Source: Andalucia godoyi And28
Taxonomy: Eukaryota > Protista > Jakobida
NCBI GenBank assembly: GCA_009859145.1
Contig: VRVR01000017.1
Span: 143,170 to 207,169 of the forward strand
Direction: 5' to 3'
DNA: 64,000 nucleotides
Shown: piece by piece, positions 1-9,862 of the stretch
Layout of the letters: each line of letters opens with the position of its first letter
Numbering within the stretch: position 1 is the stretch's first letter
Notes under the pieces: generated by a model
Seen by the model: the letters and a program-made list of their open reading frames with translations, nothing else
Databases searched by the model: none
What the model was told of the DNA's origin: nothing
Made by a program: the position numbers and the translations under genes

Positions 1-333
1 CATTTCGTTCGCATCAATTCCATGTGACAGAGTGGTGTCGACCATCATCACTTTCACAGTGGAAGAAACGCTCTTTATGTTGCTCGTACCGCCATCTGCT
101 GTTGCGTCGGAGGAGGACGCTACATGAACCCAGCGCTTCAGCTTGGACTTCCATGCAAGCACCGTCTTTTCGGAGATGAGCTTTGCGAATTCGAACAGTT
201 ATTTTTCCCTTTTCGTTTTGGGATCTTCTGGCCTTCTTTTTGTCGCATTTCCCATTTCCGTCAAACTTTTCTTTTGTTTCTTCACGGTTTCTCTCTCACT
301 CATCGTTCTTTAGAAGGTAGATCACTGGATACC

Positions 334-3183
334 ATGGGTTGCGGAGCTTCTCGAGTCTCTCGCAGCTCTAGTCTGCCGCTAGACGTCGAAGAACCGAGAG
401 CTTCCGAGGGAAAGGGGAGTGGTTGTGCTGCTCTTCAGCAAGTTTTAAGCAGTCTGACCGACAAAATCCAGCATCTTGATAATGTCCGTACGTCCTTTGC
501 GTCGCACATTTACTCTTTGGTTGTCCACTTTGGGGCTCTTGAAAGTATGACTGCTGAAATTGCTGCTCGTCATTTTGCAATTGTTGCGTCTGGATCCGAC
601 TACAGCGATTGTATTCATCTTTGTTCTTCCGCTATCCAAAGCACTGGCAAGAAGCTTGACGACAGTACAATTGCGACAGAATCTAAAAGTCAGTATGTGA
701 TTGACATGTTGGGGGAGTGTGCGAGCTTTTACCGATCAAGGATGACTTCATGGTGCGATTCCATGCAAAAGTTGTCATCATTGTTTGAGGAGTCGTGCTT
801 GACCATCCAAGAACTGAGGTGCGAGCCCCATCCGCTTGCAGAAGACAATGTTGACAGAGCAATGGATTTAATCGTCGTTTGGAAATCATCGTCTAAAGAA
901 TGGGAGCTTCTCTGGGTTGCGTATATGGACGTGCTCTCTTCTCACGAGCGTGTTTCCGCTTTGATCTGTCGAGTGATTGAAGAATCTGATTTTGTCCGTC
1001 AGGAACAATCCGATTGCGGCCAACTTCTCCTTTCATTTGGACGTCGTCTAAGAGACGCTGGATCATCTCTCTGCGAAAAGCTGGAGAGATCCCGACTTGA
1101 TTCCGAAGCTCGTTTGTTATTCGCGAGTATCGATGGTTGCGAATCTATTCTTGTTTCTAGGACTTTTGTTACACTATTTCACATTTTCTCCGGGATTTTG
1201 GAATGTGTATCGAACTGCTTTTCCGAATGGGAGACCGTGCTTCAGGTGCCGTTTGCTGAGAATCGCCCCCACACTATTCTTCGCCCAACTGAAAAATGCG
1301 AGGACGGTAGCTTCAATGTCCCCGTTTCATCGAGCAAGATGATCTGCATCGAATCACGCTCTTCTTCATTGTTGCAATGCCAGTTGGGAAGTCGAGGCAG
1401 TCGTCCTCGACTGCTATCCAAGTTTCGGGCGACCAGTCACGCCATCCGCGCTGTGAACAGGATGCAAACACTTGTTGAATACAGATTCACCGATGATTCA
1501 GTGTCCATGATCGTCGAACCAGGGTCGCCTCGAATGTCCGTGTCCTCTTCAAGAACGGCTTCCTTTGTTGGAGAGGAGATGTCTGTCGACGAAACTGCCA
1601 GAGGTCACTTTTTGAACGGAGAATTTAGTCGAGTTGTAACGATTTTGCAGCCGCTTTGTGCTTCCACAGAATTGCTTCTCGACGAAAACTGTCAATTAGT
1701 CTTTTTTCACCGGTGCCGATTGCTTTGTGATGCTCTGAAGAACACATCGCAAGACTCTTGGCTCCTATTTACTGAAGATTTGGTGTCTCGTTTTCCGAAA
1801 GAACCCGAAGCGCATGTGCTGAGAATTGAATGTCTGTTGCACAACCGAATGTTTGACGAAGGGAGGGTGGCTTCGAAGATGGCCGCATCTATGTTTCCAG
1901 ATTGCACTGCCTTGCAACATCTATCGATGGTGTCCAAGACGTCTTCATTTCATCGCGGAATTGCAGACTGGCGGGAGGCGGATGAACGTGTTTTTTCCAA
2001 GGAGTGTACTCTGTACGAACACACGATTGAAGACCTCTCCAGATATCTTGCGGAGCCTTTTCTGTCTTCGAGTCGGCCTCTGCTTATCATTCGATGCTTT
2101 TACCGCTGGATAACGGATCGAATATCGTATGACTGCGAAGCATTTCTGCAAAAGGAATTTCGATCTTCTTCAACGCCCTCCGGCGTGTTCAAGACGAGAA
2201 AGGCTGTGTGTGCTGGATATGCTACTCTTTTTGAGAAGATGTGTCAAATTGTAGGAATTGCATGTTCAATTGTGGTTGGATTCGCAAGTGTGTTTGGCGT
2301 TCCGAGAAGTCCCGGGAAACCGAACCACGCTTGGAATGTTGTTGAAGTGAACGGCAAATGGTATCTTCTGGATTGTTGCTGGGGAGCAGGATATGCCACC
2401 TCTTTGGGGAAGGACATGCATTTTGTGAAGAGATTTACTGAGTTTTACTGGCTGTCCAAACCAGAATTGTTGATCTCGTCTCATTTCCCATGTGAGAGTA
2501 GATGGCAACTTTTGGACCGTTTGGTTTCTGCCGAAGAGTTTGAAGCCATGGTTGACTTGTTCCCTCCGGCAATTGACGTGGGGCTCAGCTTGGTGTCTCA
2601 TCAACAGCGCAAGATTAAGTTGCATTGCAACGAAGAGGCACGCATCAAGTTTGCAGTGCGTTGCAAGCTGTGGGCGACCTTTTCGAAGCCTGACGCGAAA
2701 TCTCCTTTTTTGTTTCAGTATGGACATGACTCGTGTGAATTGCTGATTACACCTTTAGAAAAAAATCTGTCGTCAATGCTGATCTTTGTTCAACCGGAAA
2801 ATTCGGATGATACCACTTTCCAGTTTGCACTGTCCTACGATCTTGATATTTCCGATGGGGGCGGGGTCAATGAGGTTTCTGAAAAACGTCACTACGTTGA
2901 AGCATACTATCCGTGCCGATTTCGCATTTGGCCGACGTCACCATGTCTTCCTTCTGGTGAGAAGTGCATTATCACTGTGCATCTTCCGCTCTCTCACTCA
3001 GTCCTTGCTCTCAATGGTACTCACTCCTGTTTCAAGCTTGTGAAGGAAGACGATGATGGTTGGGGAACATACGAAGTTGAACGCGACATGGTTGCGGGAA
3101 AGTGCTGGATTTCTCTGAAAGACAGCGCGCTGAGTGCAGATTTGAAAACGTTGGCTGTCTACGATGTGAAGTCAATACCGTAG
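334..3183 (+). CDS. Transglutaminase-like (KY/CYK3-type) cysteine-triad protein with helical/TPR-like middle region and N-terminal MGCGAS acylation motif
   Basis: ORF 124..3183; best start is ATG 334 (MGCGASRVS). Motifs AVCAGYATLFEKMC, NHAWNVVEVNGKWYLLDCCWG give an intact Cys-His-Asp triad. Confidence 0.8.
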   Translation: MGCGASRVSRSSSLPLDVEEPRASEGKGSGCAALQQVLSSLTDKIQHLDNVRTSFASHIYSLVVHFGALESMTAEIAARHFAIVASGSDYSDCIHLCSSAIQSTGKKLDDSTIATESKSQYVIDMLGECASFYRSRMTSWCDSMQKLSSLFEESCLTIQELRCEPHPLAEDNVDRAMDLIVVWKSSSKEWELLWVAYMDVLSSHERVSALICRVIEESDFVRQEQSDCGQLLLSFGRRLRDAGSSLCEKLERSRLDSEARLLFASIDGCESILVSRTFVTLFHIFSGILECVSNCFSEWETVLQVPFAENRPHTILRPTEKCEDGSFNVPVSSSKMICIESRSSSLLQCQLGSRGSRPRLLSKFRATSHAIRAVNRMQTLVEYRFTDDSVSMIVEPGSPRMSVSSSRTASFVGEEMSVDETARGHFLNGEFSRVVTILQPLCASTELLLDENCQLVFFHRCRLLCDALKNTSQDSWLLFTEDLVSRFPKEPEAHVLRIECLLHNRMFDEGRVASKMAASMFPDCTALQHLSMVSKTSSFHRGIADWREADERVFSKECTLYEHTIEDLSRYLAEPFLSSSRPLLIIRCFYRWITDRISYDCEAFLQKEFRSSSTPSGVFKTRKAVCAGYATLFEKMCQIVGIACSIVVGFASVFGVPRSPGKPNHAWNVVEVNGKWYLLDCCWGAGYATSLGKDMHFVKRFTEFYWLSKPELLISSHFPCESRWQLLDRLVSAEEFEAMVDLFPPAIDVGLSLVSHQQRKIKLHCNEEARIKFAVRCKLWATFSKPDAKSPFLFQYGHDSCELLITPLEKNLSSMLIFVQPENSDDTTFQFALSYDLDISDGGGVNEVSEKRHYVEAYYPCRFRIWPTSPCLPSGEKCIITVHLPLSHSVLALNGTHSCFKLVKEDDDGWGTYEVERDMVAGKCWISLKDSALSADLKTLAVYDVKSIP

Positions 3184-3640
3184 TCTCCAGTATATTGGAT
3201 GAATGTCATGAATAACGAAGGAACATTATTGAAAGCCGTAGCTTTTTTCTTGGACGAATCGCTGGCAGGGTATGTTGATGCATAGAGAAAGAAGTCATCC
3301 TAGGCCCTCGGAACCAAAATCCAAAAAAGAAAACGGGCATATGACGAGGAATGGCGAGTGCTAATTGCGAGAGGAGCAAGCGTCTCTCACTCATTACGGG
3401 GAGATTCGTGATGACTCCGCAGCTTGACCACTGGGTCTTTCAATAAACGACCATGACAGACGCGATAACTGGCTAGAATGGTGATATGCAGCATCTAGAA
3501 CTCCGTCGGAACACGTGGAGGCATTTTCGTTTCGTGTTTGATGTTCCAAGAGACAGTCCAGGCAAGAAGCTCCATTGTTTAGGATGGAAACGCTGCGCTG
3601 AACATCCGTCTTTTGCGTGCTCGAAAACTGTGAGCGCCAC

Positions 3641-4093
3641 TGAATCATAGCACGTCATTGTCATGCATACGGGGGAGTATACACAAACAGACACGGTCGA
3701 TACTGGCCGACACTAGCACGTTTGTTTCACAGGAATTCGTGATACACGGCCTCCTAGGTCCCGCAGACCTATTAAGAGACCGCGTGTCACTACGCCTACC
3801 GCCTCTTCCTCTCGCATCTCCAGGTGCATCAATCGCTGCAACTGAGGACACGAAAGCGCCTGCTGCTAGGGCCGTCAGCATCAAAATGCACCCTTCTCAG
3901 GAGCAACGTGTCACGCTGAGAAAGTGGCTCACAGATTGATCGAGATTGGGGACGGAGCGCGGAACATTTATCTGAAGAACGCCGTGAGGCGTGTCGGGGC
4001 CTATCCCCTTCCCGGCAACGGGATGCAAGATTGAATATGCACATGTCTATTCGTAGATATGCAGCATGTTCAGTGTATAACGTAGCCGCATGG
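3641..4093 (+). mobile_element. Non-autonomous, internally deleted Fanzor2/IS607-TnpB-derived element, copy 1
   Basis: Encodes RAVSIKMHPSQEQRVTLRKWLT (3868-3933; resembles the TnpB N-terminal HTH, KIRLYPTxEQxxxLxxW). This is joined directly, across a frameshift, to IDRDW/DGARNIYLKN (3935-3980; extra G at 3950). Near-identical copy at 39547-39994 (2 substitutions over 215 bp, 3816-4030 vs 39719-39933). Confidence 0.85.
3993..4090 (+). ncRNA. Candidate omega-RNA scaffold of Fanzor-derived element copy 1
   Basis: Stem GTCGGG(3993-3998)/CCCGGC(4011-4016), long hairpin 4030-4074 with TTCG loop, loop GCCTAT complementary to GTAGCC/GTAGGC just before the right end. Position matches TnpB/Fanzor omega-RNAs. 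Expression not shown. Confidence 0.55.
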
Positions 4094-4272
4094 AGGAAGA
4101 CACTCCCTGATGGGACGGATGATGCCAGCTTGATGCTAGTGACCGACGGTGCCGGTACGGTGCTGTTTAAGAACACCTACTGCACGCCACGCCAGCAATA
4201 CCTTGGGGAAATTGCCTCGATGAGACAGGTCTGTCTGCTGAGAAGTTGCTCAAGAAAAGTTGCTGCATTGTT

Positions 4273-5265
4273 ATGAACTTCGCGGAGTTGATTGGTCGTA
4301 TGGGGTTTCGGGACAAGTCGGTCCGCGCTTTTTCTTCGTTGTCCGGTATTTCGAGCCGATTCCAAGTTCCCAGGAAGGTGAGGATCGTTGAAGTTGGACC
4401 TCGAGACGGATTGCAGAATGAGAAGCAGGTAATTCCGACAGATATAAAAATTGGATTAGTGGATGGACTAAGCGCATCAGGGCTTCGGAGCATTGAGACA
4501 ACGTCGTTCGTGTCGCCAAAAGCTGTTCCTCAAATGGGAGATGCCGCGGAAGTCATGCGTCGTATTAACCGTGTTCCAGGAGTTTCATATTCTGCTTTGA
4601 CTCCGAATGCAAAAGGACTGGAAGCAGCTCTGGCTCTAAATGTATCGGAAGTCGCTGTGTTTACTGCAGCGTCGGATAGCTTTACACAAAAAAATATCCA
4701 GTGCTCTGTGGATGAGTCGTTTGATCGTTTTGAAGCAATTTTCTCAGCGTCTTCGAGAGTGAAGGTTCGGGGTTATGTTTCATGCGTCCTCGGTTGTCCG
4801 TACGAAGGGGTTATTTCTCCGCAGCGTGTTGTCGAAGTGACCAAGCGTCTGTTTGATAAGGGATGTTACGAAGTGTCGCTCGGTGATACGATCGGCGTTG
4901 GAACTGTTGGTTCGACTGCGAGACTGTTGGAAGAATGCGTGCGGTCCGGAATCGACCTGTCTCGCATTGCAGTGCATTTTCATAATACATACGGTCAAGC
5001 GCTTGCCAATATTTTTTGTGCATTGCAGTTTGGGGTCAGTGTGGTGGATTCCTCCATTGCTGGTCTCGGCGGATGCCCGTATGCTCGAGGCGCTTCTGGA
5101 AACGTTGCAACAGAGGATGTGGTGTACATGCTAAATGGAATGGGAATCGAAACCGGGGTAGATTTACAACGTTTGCTAGAAGCTGGAAAATACATTTGCG
5201 ATCATCTCCAGCGACAACCCTCTTCAGGTGTCGGTCGAGCTCTGGGGGGCAAGTCATCGCAATGA
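4273..5265 (+). CDS. HMGCL: Hydroxymethylglutaryl-CoA lyase, mitochondrial
   Basis: [68 protein letters not shown]; start uncertain (4273 or 4300). Confidence 0.95.
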   Translation: MNFAELIGRMGFRDKSVRAFSSLSGISSRFQVPRKVRIVEVGPRDGLQNEKQVIPTDIKIGLVDGLSASGLRSIETTSFVSPKAVPQMGDAAEVMRRINRVPGVSYSALTPNAKGLEAALALNVSEVAVFTAASDSFTQKNIQCSVDESFDRFEAIFSASSRVKVRGYVSCVLGCPYEGVISPQRVVEVTKRLFDKGCYEVSLGDTIGVGTVGSTARLLEECVRSGIDLSRIAVHFHNTYGQALANIFCALQFGVSVVDSSIAGLGGCPYARGASGNVATEDVVYMLNGMGIETGVDLQRLLEAGKYICDHLQRQPSSGVGRALGGKSSQ

Positions 5266-5340
5266 GCGTGCTCACTTCCCAGGCGAATGCGAATCCGTAA
5301 AGTAATTCTGTGCACCTGTCCCCTTCAGATAATAACCTAT

Positions 5341-6056
5341 TCACGCCGACAGCGCTTTATGGAACTCTGTATATGCAGTGTCTAGATCAAACATCAGTTG
5401 TCGTACATCTTCCGAACTTAACGTCTCCGTCGCACGCATCGCATTCATTTTGGTAAACCAATCTTGCAATCTTCTTGTATGTTTTTCATATTCCATTGGA
5501 AGAAATGAGCTACTTTTGGACAAAGCCTCGACCAGGTCTTGAACGAGAGGAAACAGCTGGTCCACAGCGTTCATGTCCAGCTTCAGGGAATCCATTACCG
5601 TAATGAAAAATTGAACAGTCTCTGCGACTTGCTTTGTTTGGATTGTGGAAGAGCTGCATTTCAGTGGTTAGACATTTGAAGCGAATTCCAAAACAGTTTC
5701 GACAAAAAAAGCGAAAAAAAAAAAGAAAAAAAGCAAGCATACCCGACTGCTCGAAACTCCGTGGTCGCTGGAACACCGACTCGTAGTCGCCGTAAGGCAG
5801 TCGGCGCACTGACAGAATACTCCGCGACAAACTGGTCCAGGCTCCATTTATCTCCAAGAGAAGAAGACAACAACTTGTACTGAGAAAGTAGTTTTGCGCA
5901 TTGCTGCGCATACGAGTCCTGGGAGAGAGCATCCCGAGTGTATGCCTTCTCCAGGTGTTCGATGCAATGAATGAGCGCAAACATGTCCGCAAGCGCATCG
6001 TAGTACTCTCTCTCGTTTCGGTTCGACGCCAGTTTGACTCTGTCAGTGGAAATCAT
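5341..6056 (-). CDS. VPS28: ESCRT-I subunit VPS28 (2 exons: 6056-5743, 5653-5341)
   Basis: EREYYDALADMFALIHCIEHLEKAY and FITVMDSLKLDMNAVDQLFPL joined in frame by an 89-nt GTATGC..CTAAC..CAG intron (5654-5742); 208 aa. Confidence 0.93.
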
Positions 6057-6375
6057 TATGGATACAACCCCCGGTAAGTTTGCTTATTATCAGTTATGCG
6101 TCAGCAAACAATTCGGGAGCAAAAGAACATCCAACTTTTGTGCTCAAGAAGACTGTTCAGGCTGTTCAACAAAGGTTCCGAATCCTGCAGCCCAGCATCT
6201 GTACAGCTCGAATTACAACAGATGATGGCTTCATGACCCGTCATTAGATTTACTCCGTGTGTCGCAGGCTTTGCGGCTCCCACAAGTCTCTCGTCAGAAC
6301 CACGCATTATGGACAATTTTCAGTCCTCTTGATTGCCTAGCAAGGTACCACGAATGCAGAAAACTTAAATTCCAC

Positions 6376-6990
6376 ATGACTGACTCGCATCTCAAAGCCA
6401 CCATCTCTTCTGCGGAAACAAACTCTGGACAAGAGGTCCCAGATTACGGAAGGCGTATTCAGTCTATTGTTGCAGAGCTTGGTGCTGCAGTTCGTCACGC
6501 CAATGTGTCGTCCGACGCGGATCTTGTCTCATTTCTTTCAGGATATTTTACAGATAAGGCAGAGGAACAAAAATGGCGTGGTAGCGTCCAGGTAAGTCTA
6601 GATTCTGTCGACAGACTTGTGGAAACATTGTGTCAGTTGTATCCAGTGCAGGAAACAAAGGAAAACGATTGTTGCACTCCTGCGATTCCCATCCGCGTTT
6701 TGTCCTTCACATCAGAAGCTGTGGGAATTGGAAAGTGTACAGTGTCCACCTGCATCGAATGGTGTTTTGCACATGCAGATGCTTCTGAAAAACAGATTGC
6801 CGATACGGCAGTCCCGTGGGCATTTTGGGTCTTCATCATGGCTTCCTTTGCAACACCCACGGAATTCGATTGCTGGAACAGGGTCAAAGAGATTTTACAG
6901 AAGCATTGCTGTGTGAGTGAAAGCGGAATTGAAAATATTGTCGGCTCTGTTGAATGCTGGCTCTTGTCGATTGGATGTGTTCCATCTTGA
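6376..6990 (+). CDS. Hypothetical protein (about 204 aa)
   Basis: Long ORF with coding-like composition; no recognised motif; 3' end uncertain because the frame stays open after the TGA. Confidence 0.45.
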   Translation: MTDSHLKATISSAETNSGQEVPDYGRRIQSIVAELGAAVRHANVSSDADLVSFLSGYFTDKAEEQKWRGSVQVSLDSVDRLVETLCQLYPVQETKENDCCTPAIPIRVLSFTSEAVGIGKCTVSTCIEWCFAHADASEKQIADTAVPWAFWVFIMASFATPTEFDCWNRVKEILQKHCCVSESGIENIVGSVECWLLSIGCVPS

Positions 6991-7465
6991 TATTCCAAGG
7001 TGGTTGTAAAAAACATCACGGACTGCATATCGGTGCGTGTTTCTGCTTTCAACACTCTCTACTGGGATGCCGTTGATGAGTTCAAAGCCACCGTTGATCA
7101 AGGTGTGTCGTCCCCTTCGTATTACTTAAAACGCTTGTTTTGTTCTGTTTTGTTTTTGTAGTCCACTTTCATGCACAAGTCATACCTCTTGAAATCACCA
7201 ACGGCAATGTGAAATAATAATGTACGTTTTAGTGAAATGTAAGTAATGTTAAAGGAGGAAAAAAATAGAAGGTGGAATAATAGCGTTGACATTTGCGGCA
7301 ACAGCACTAGCGAATTCAGGTTGCACGCACTGAAAGCGCAGATAAGTTGCCTGGGATGCGAACCCATCACACTCTGTCCCTCGCACCGTTTGAAACAGTT
7401 CTCATTAGCAGGAGAGCTCTTTGGTAAAGCGGGGATCCATTTTAGAAAAGGAGGAAAAAGGAAAA

Positions 7466-7495
7466 GAAGAAGAAGAAGAAGAAGAAGAAGAAGAA
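7466..7495. repeat. (GAA)10 microsatellite
   Basis: Directly visible. Confidence 0.95.
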
Positions 7496-8809
7496 GAGAG
7501 GAGACAGGACAAACAAGTGAAAGTGCGAAAACCCTCCCCACCCCTTGAGACCAGAGCCAGCATCCATTGAGACTTTACAGTAATTAAAAAAGGGGTTTAT
7601 TCGTGTCCAGCAGAACCAGACATTTTCTCACGCAGGCGCTTACGTGAGACTCCAACTCGCTTGCGCAGGGAGATTCCGACACGAGAGTTGCGGCCGGATG
7701 AGCGAGCATTGACGAATGTTCATCGCGGCCCAAGCACCGGCGGTGAGATGGACAGTTCACTGTGGCCCAGTGTCTCAACCCCCTGGGCACGAATCGCTCG
7801 CGACGCGTCGCTGGATTCGCAGACATCTTCAGGCGCACCCCTCTTTGGGTGCTGGTGGAACCGAAATAAAGGTAATACAAGGTCATTTCCACAGCCGCAA
7901 CATTTTGTTCATCGTGCAGTACGCGTCGATTGCTTCGAAATTCCGGAACCGTTTCTCGATGGCTCGCCGGATGGCGCACACCGATATGGTGTTTTGTAAT
8001 AAAGAGTACTCTTAAAACTGAAATTAACTACTATTTAATTTATCTTGTGATACGCACACAGAAAAGATAACAAACACAAGGAAAACAGAAGCAAAACAGA
8101 AACCAAAGCAAACGAATAAACGAACAAAAGAGAGAGAGAACACTCGAAAGGTGCGCTGCAACGACCATTACGGTCGGTGGCGCCGATCGAGTTTCGAAAA
8201 TTCGAAAGGATGAAGAACACGAAAAGGATAAACCGACAATGCACGGCGAAGTTGTGGCGACGCGGTGCCAAATAAAAGGAAAAATATCAAAATATGAACA
8301 CTACAGTGTTTTATTTAATGTTTTCTTTTTGACAAAACGAAGTAATTGTCGGAATTTCGGAATTGAATTTTATGGAAACGCCTGCTGCTACTGCAATGTT
8401 GCATGCAATCGATCCCACAAGTCAATCGTCTAGGGGGGAGGGGGGAGGGAGGGAAGGCCCCAGCACACAAGTGCAGAGACCCACCAAAAAGACTCTTCCC
8501 AGTCGAATGACCTATTGAAATCATTCCTTCAAAAGAGAGAGTGACATCAACCGAATTCCCCATCTCCAACGCAACAAGCACCCACGGAAAAAAAAACACT
8601 TCTTGCAGTCATTTCAACCAGTCTGCATCGAGCACCTACGAAGGAACACTGAGATTTGGTGTTTCCACTGGGTCCGATTTAACAACAATCTACACATGAA
8701 ACAGTGAACATCCTCGGATTTCGCTTCCATTTCCTCATTGTTTTTTCATCTCCCGGGGTGTTTCTTTGTGATAATTCTGCGACAATATAGATAGAAGACG
8801 AAGCACGTG

Positions 8810-8810
<1 letters not shown>

Positions 8811-8841
<31 letters not shown>
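8811..8841. repeat. (AC)n microsatellite
   Basis: Directly visible. Confidence 0.95.
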
Positions 8842-8844
<3 letters not shown>

Positions 8845-8873
8845 CGCAATGCAAGGAAAAACCGGACACAGCG

Positions 8874-9512
8874 TCATGGTGTATCTGGAGATGCTGATTC
8901 CCAGACTACCCGGACGTTGTCACTGCTGATTTCATTGAAAATCCCACTCAACAATGGACCGACGATTGGATCCGTAGCCCAATCAACAGCAGATCGTGGA
9001 TTCCGAATGATATCTGCAAATGCATCAAGAACGTGCGATGAAAGTATATTTGGAAAATGCAAAATTGACTGCACGTGCGCAACAACATCCGAAGAAGAGA
9101 GCTTCAGTGCCGTCAAAACGGAAGATGAATCGCTGCGCTTGACGTGCTGGACACGGTCATCTCCGGGCCGGCGGAGCGGAGGAAGAGAAGTGGACATCCA
9201 ATCTGCGACAACACTGCTGGCCTCCTGTGCAAACGCGTACAAGGAGAGCTTGTTTCCAGACGACATATGTTTCAGCCAAGCTTCCTCAATTCGATCATCA
9301 GGTCGTAGAGGCTGCATCCCCGACCAAGATGAGACTTCCCGCTTGTGGTTTCCAAAGTCGCAGACCAAGTACCTGAACGACGTGTTCAGCGGAAAGTTGT
9401 CGATTGTCGCAAGAACTGAATCGAGATCTGACAATTTACGAGACGCATCGCAGTTGAACACATGAACGTTTCCACATCTTGTTGCAACTTGCAACACAAT
9501 TCGTTGAACCAT
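8874..9512 (-). CDS. Hypothetical protein, possible ubiquitin-like N-terminus and STI1/DP-like C-terminus
   Basis: 212-aa ATG-initiated ORF; C-terminal DAFADIIRNPRSAVDWATDPIVGPLL resembles STI1 repeats; the N-terminal beta-grasp call is weak. Confidence 0.5.
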   Translation of the reverse strand: MVQRIVLQVATRCGNVHVFNCDASRKLSDLDSVLATIDNFPLNTSFRYLVCDFGNHKREVSSWSGMQPLRPDDRIEEAWLKHMSSGNKLSLYAFAQEASSVVADWMSTSLPPLRRPGDDRVQHVKRSDSSSVLTALKLSSSDVVAHVQSILHFPNILSSHVLDAFADIIRNPRSAVDWATDPIVGPLLSGIFNEISSDNVRVVWESASPDTP

Positions 9513-9862
9513 TCACTGCAGCATCGAACGCAGAAAACAGCGAATCCTGCTCTCTCCAGCTGGAGCGTCCAAACGTTTTCCAACTGGGATCGTGGACTGC
9601 ATCCCGTTTTCAGTGCTGATTCGTCCTTTTTATGTCAACCTGTTATTATTGCAGCATCCATTGATGCTTGCATCGATCCAGGCATTCCGGTGCTGACTGA
9701 TTTTTTCTTTTTCTTTTTCTTCTTTTCAATCGCTGGACCCCCCCAACTCCCCCCGCCTTCTCACTTTTTGGAGCGTGCTTTGTCTTCTTCTTCTTCTTCT
9801 TCTTCGTGTATTCAAATCGACGACGTCACCCCACGATTGCTTATTTCCATTGTGCGATCTCA

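Noticed and set aside
1-200. Open minus-strand frame running off the left edge (AKLISEKTVLAWKSKLKRW...)
   Set aside because: No start or recognisable motif; could be an exon of a neighbouring gene but cannot be supported.
124-333. N-terminal extension of ORF 124..3183
   Set aside because: Pyrimidine-rich, UTR-like sequence; ATG 334 gives a canonical acylation motif.
3658-3939. 93-aa ORF (and 39546..39842) as a functional protein
   Set aside because: No ATG start; it is the truncated HTH fragment of the Fanzor-derived element.
7584-7979. GIY-YIG-like look of LYYLYFGSTS
   Set aside because: Motif spacing and downstream residues do not fit; too short to support.
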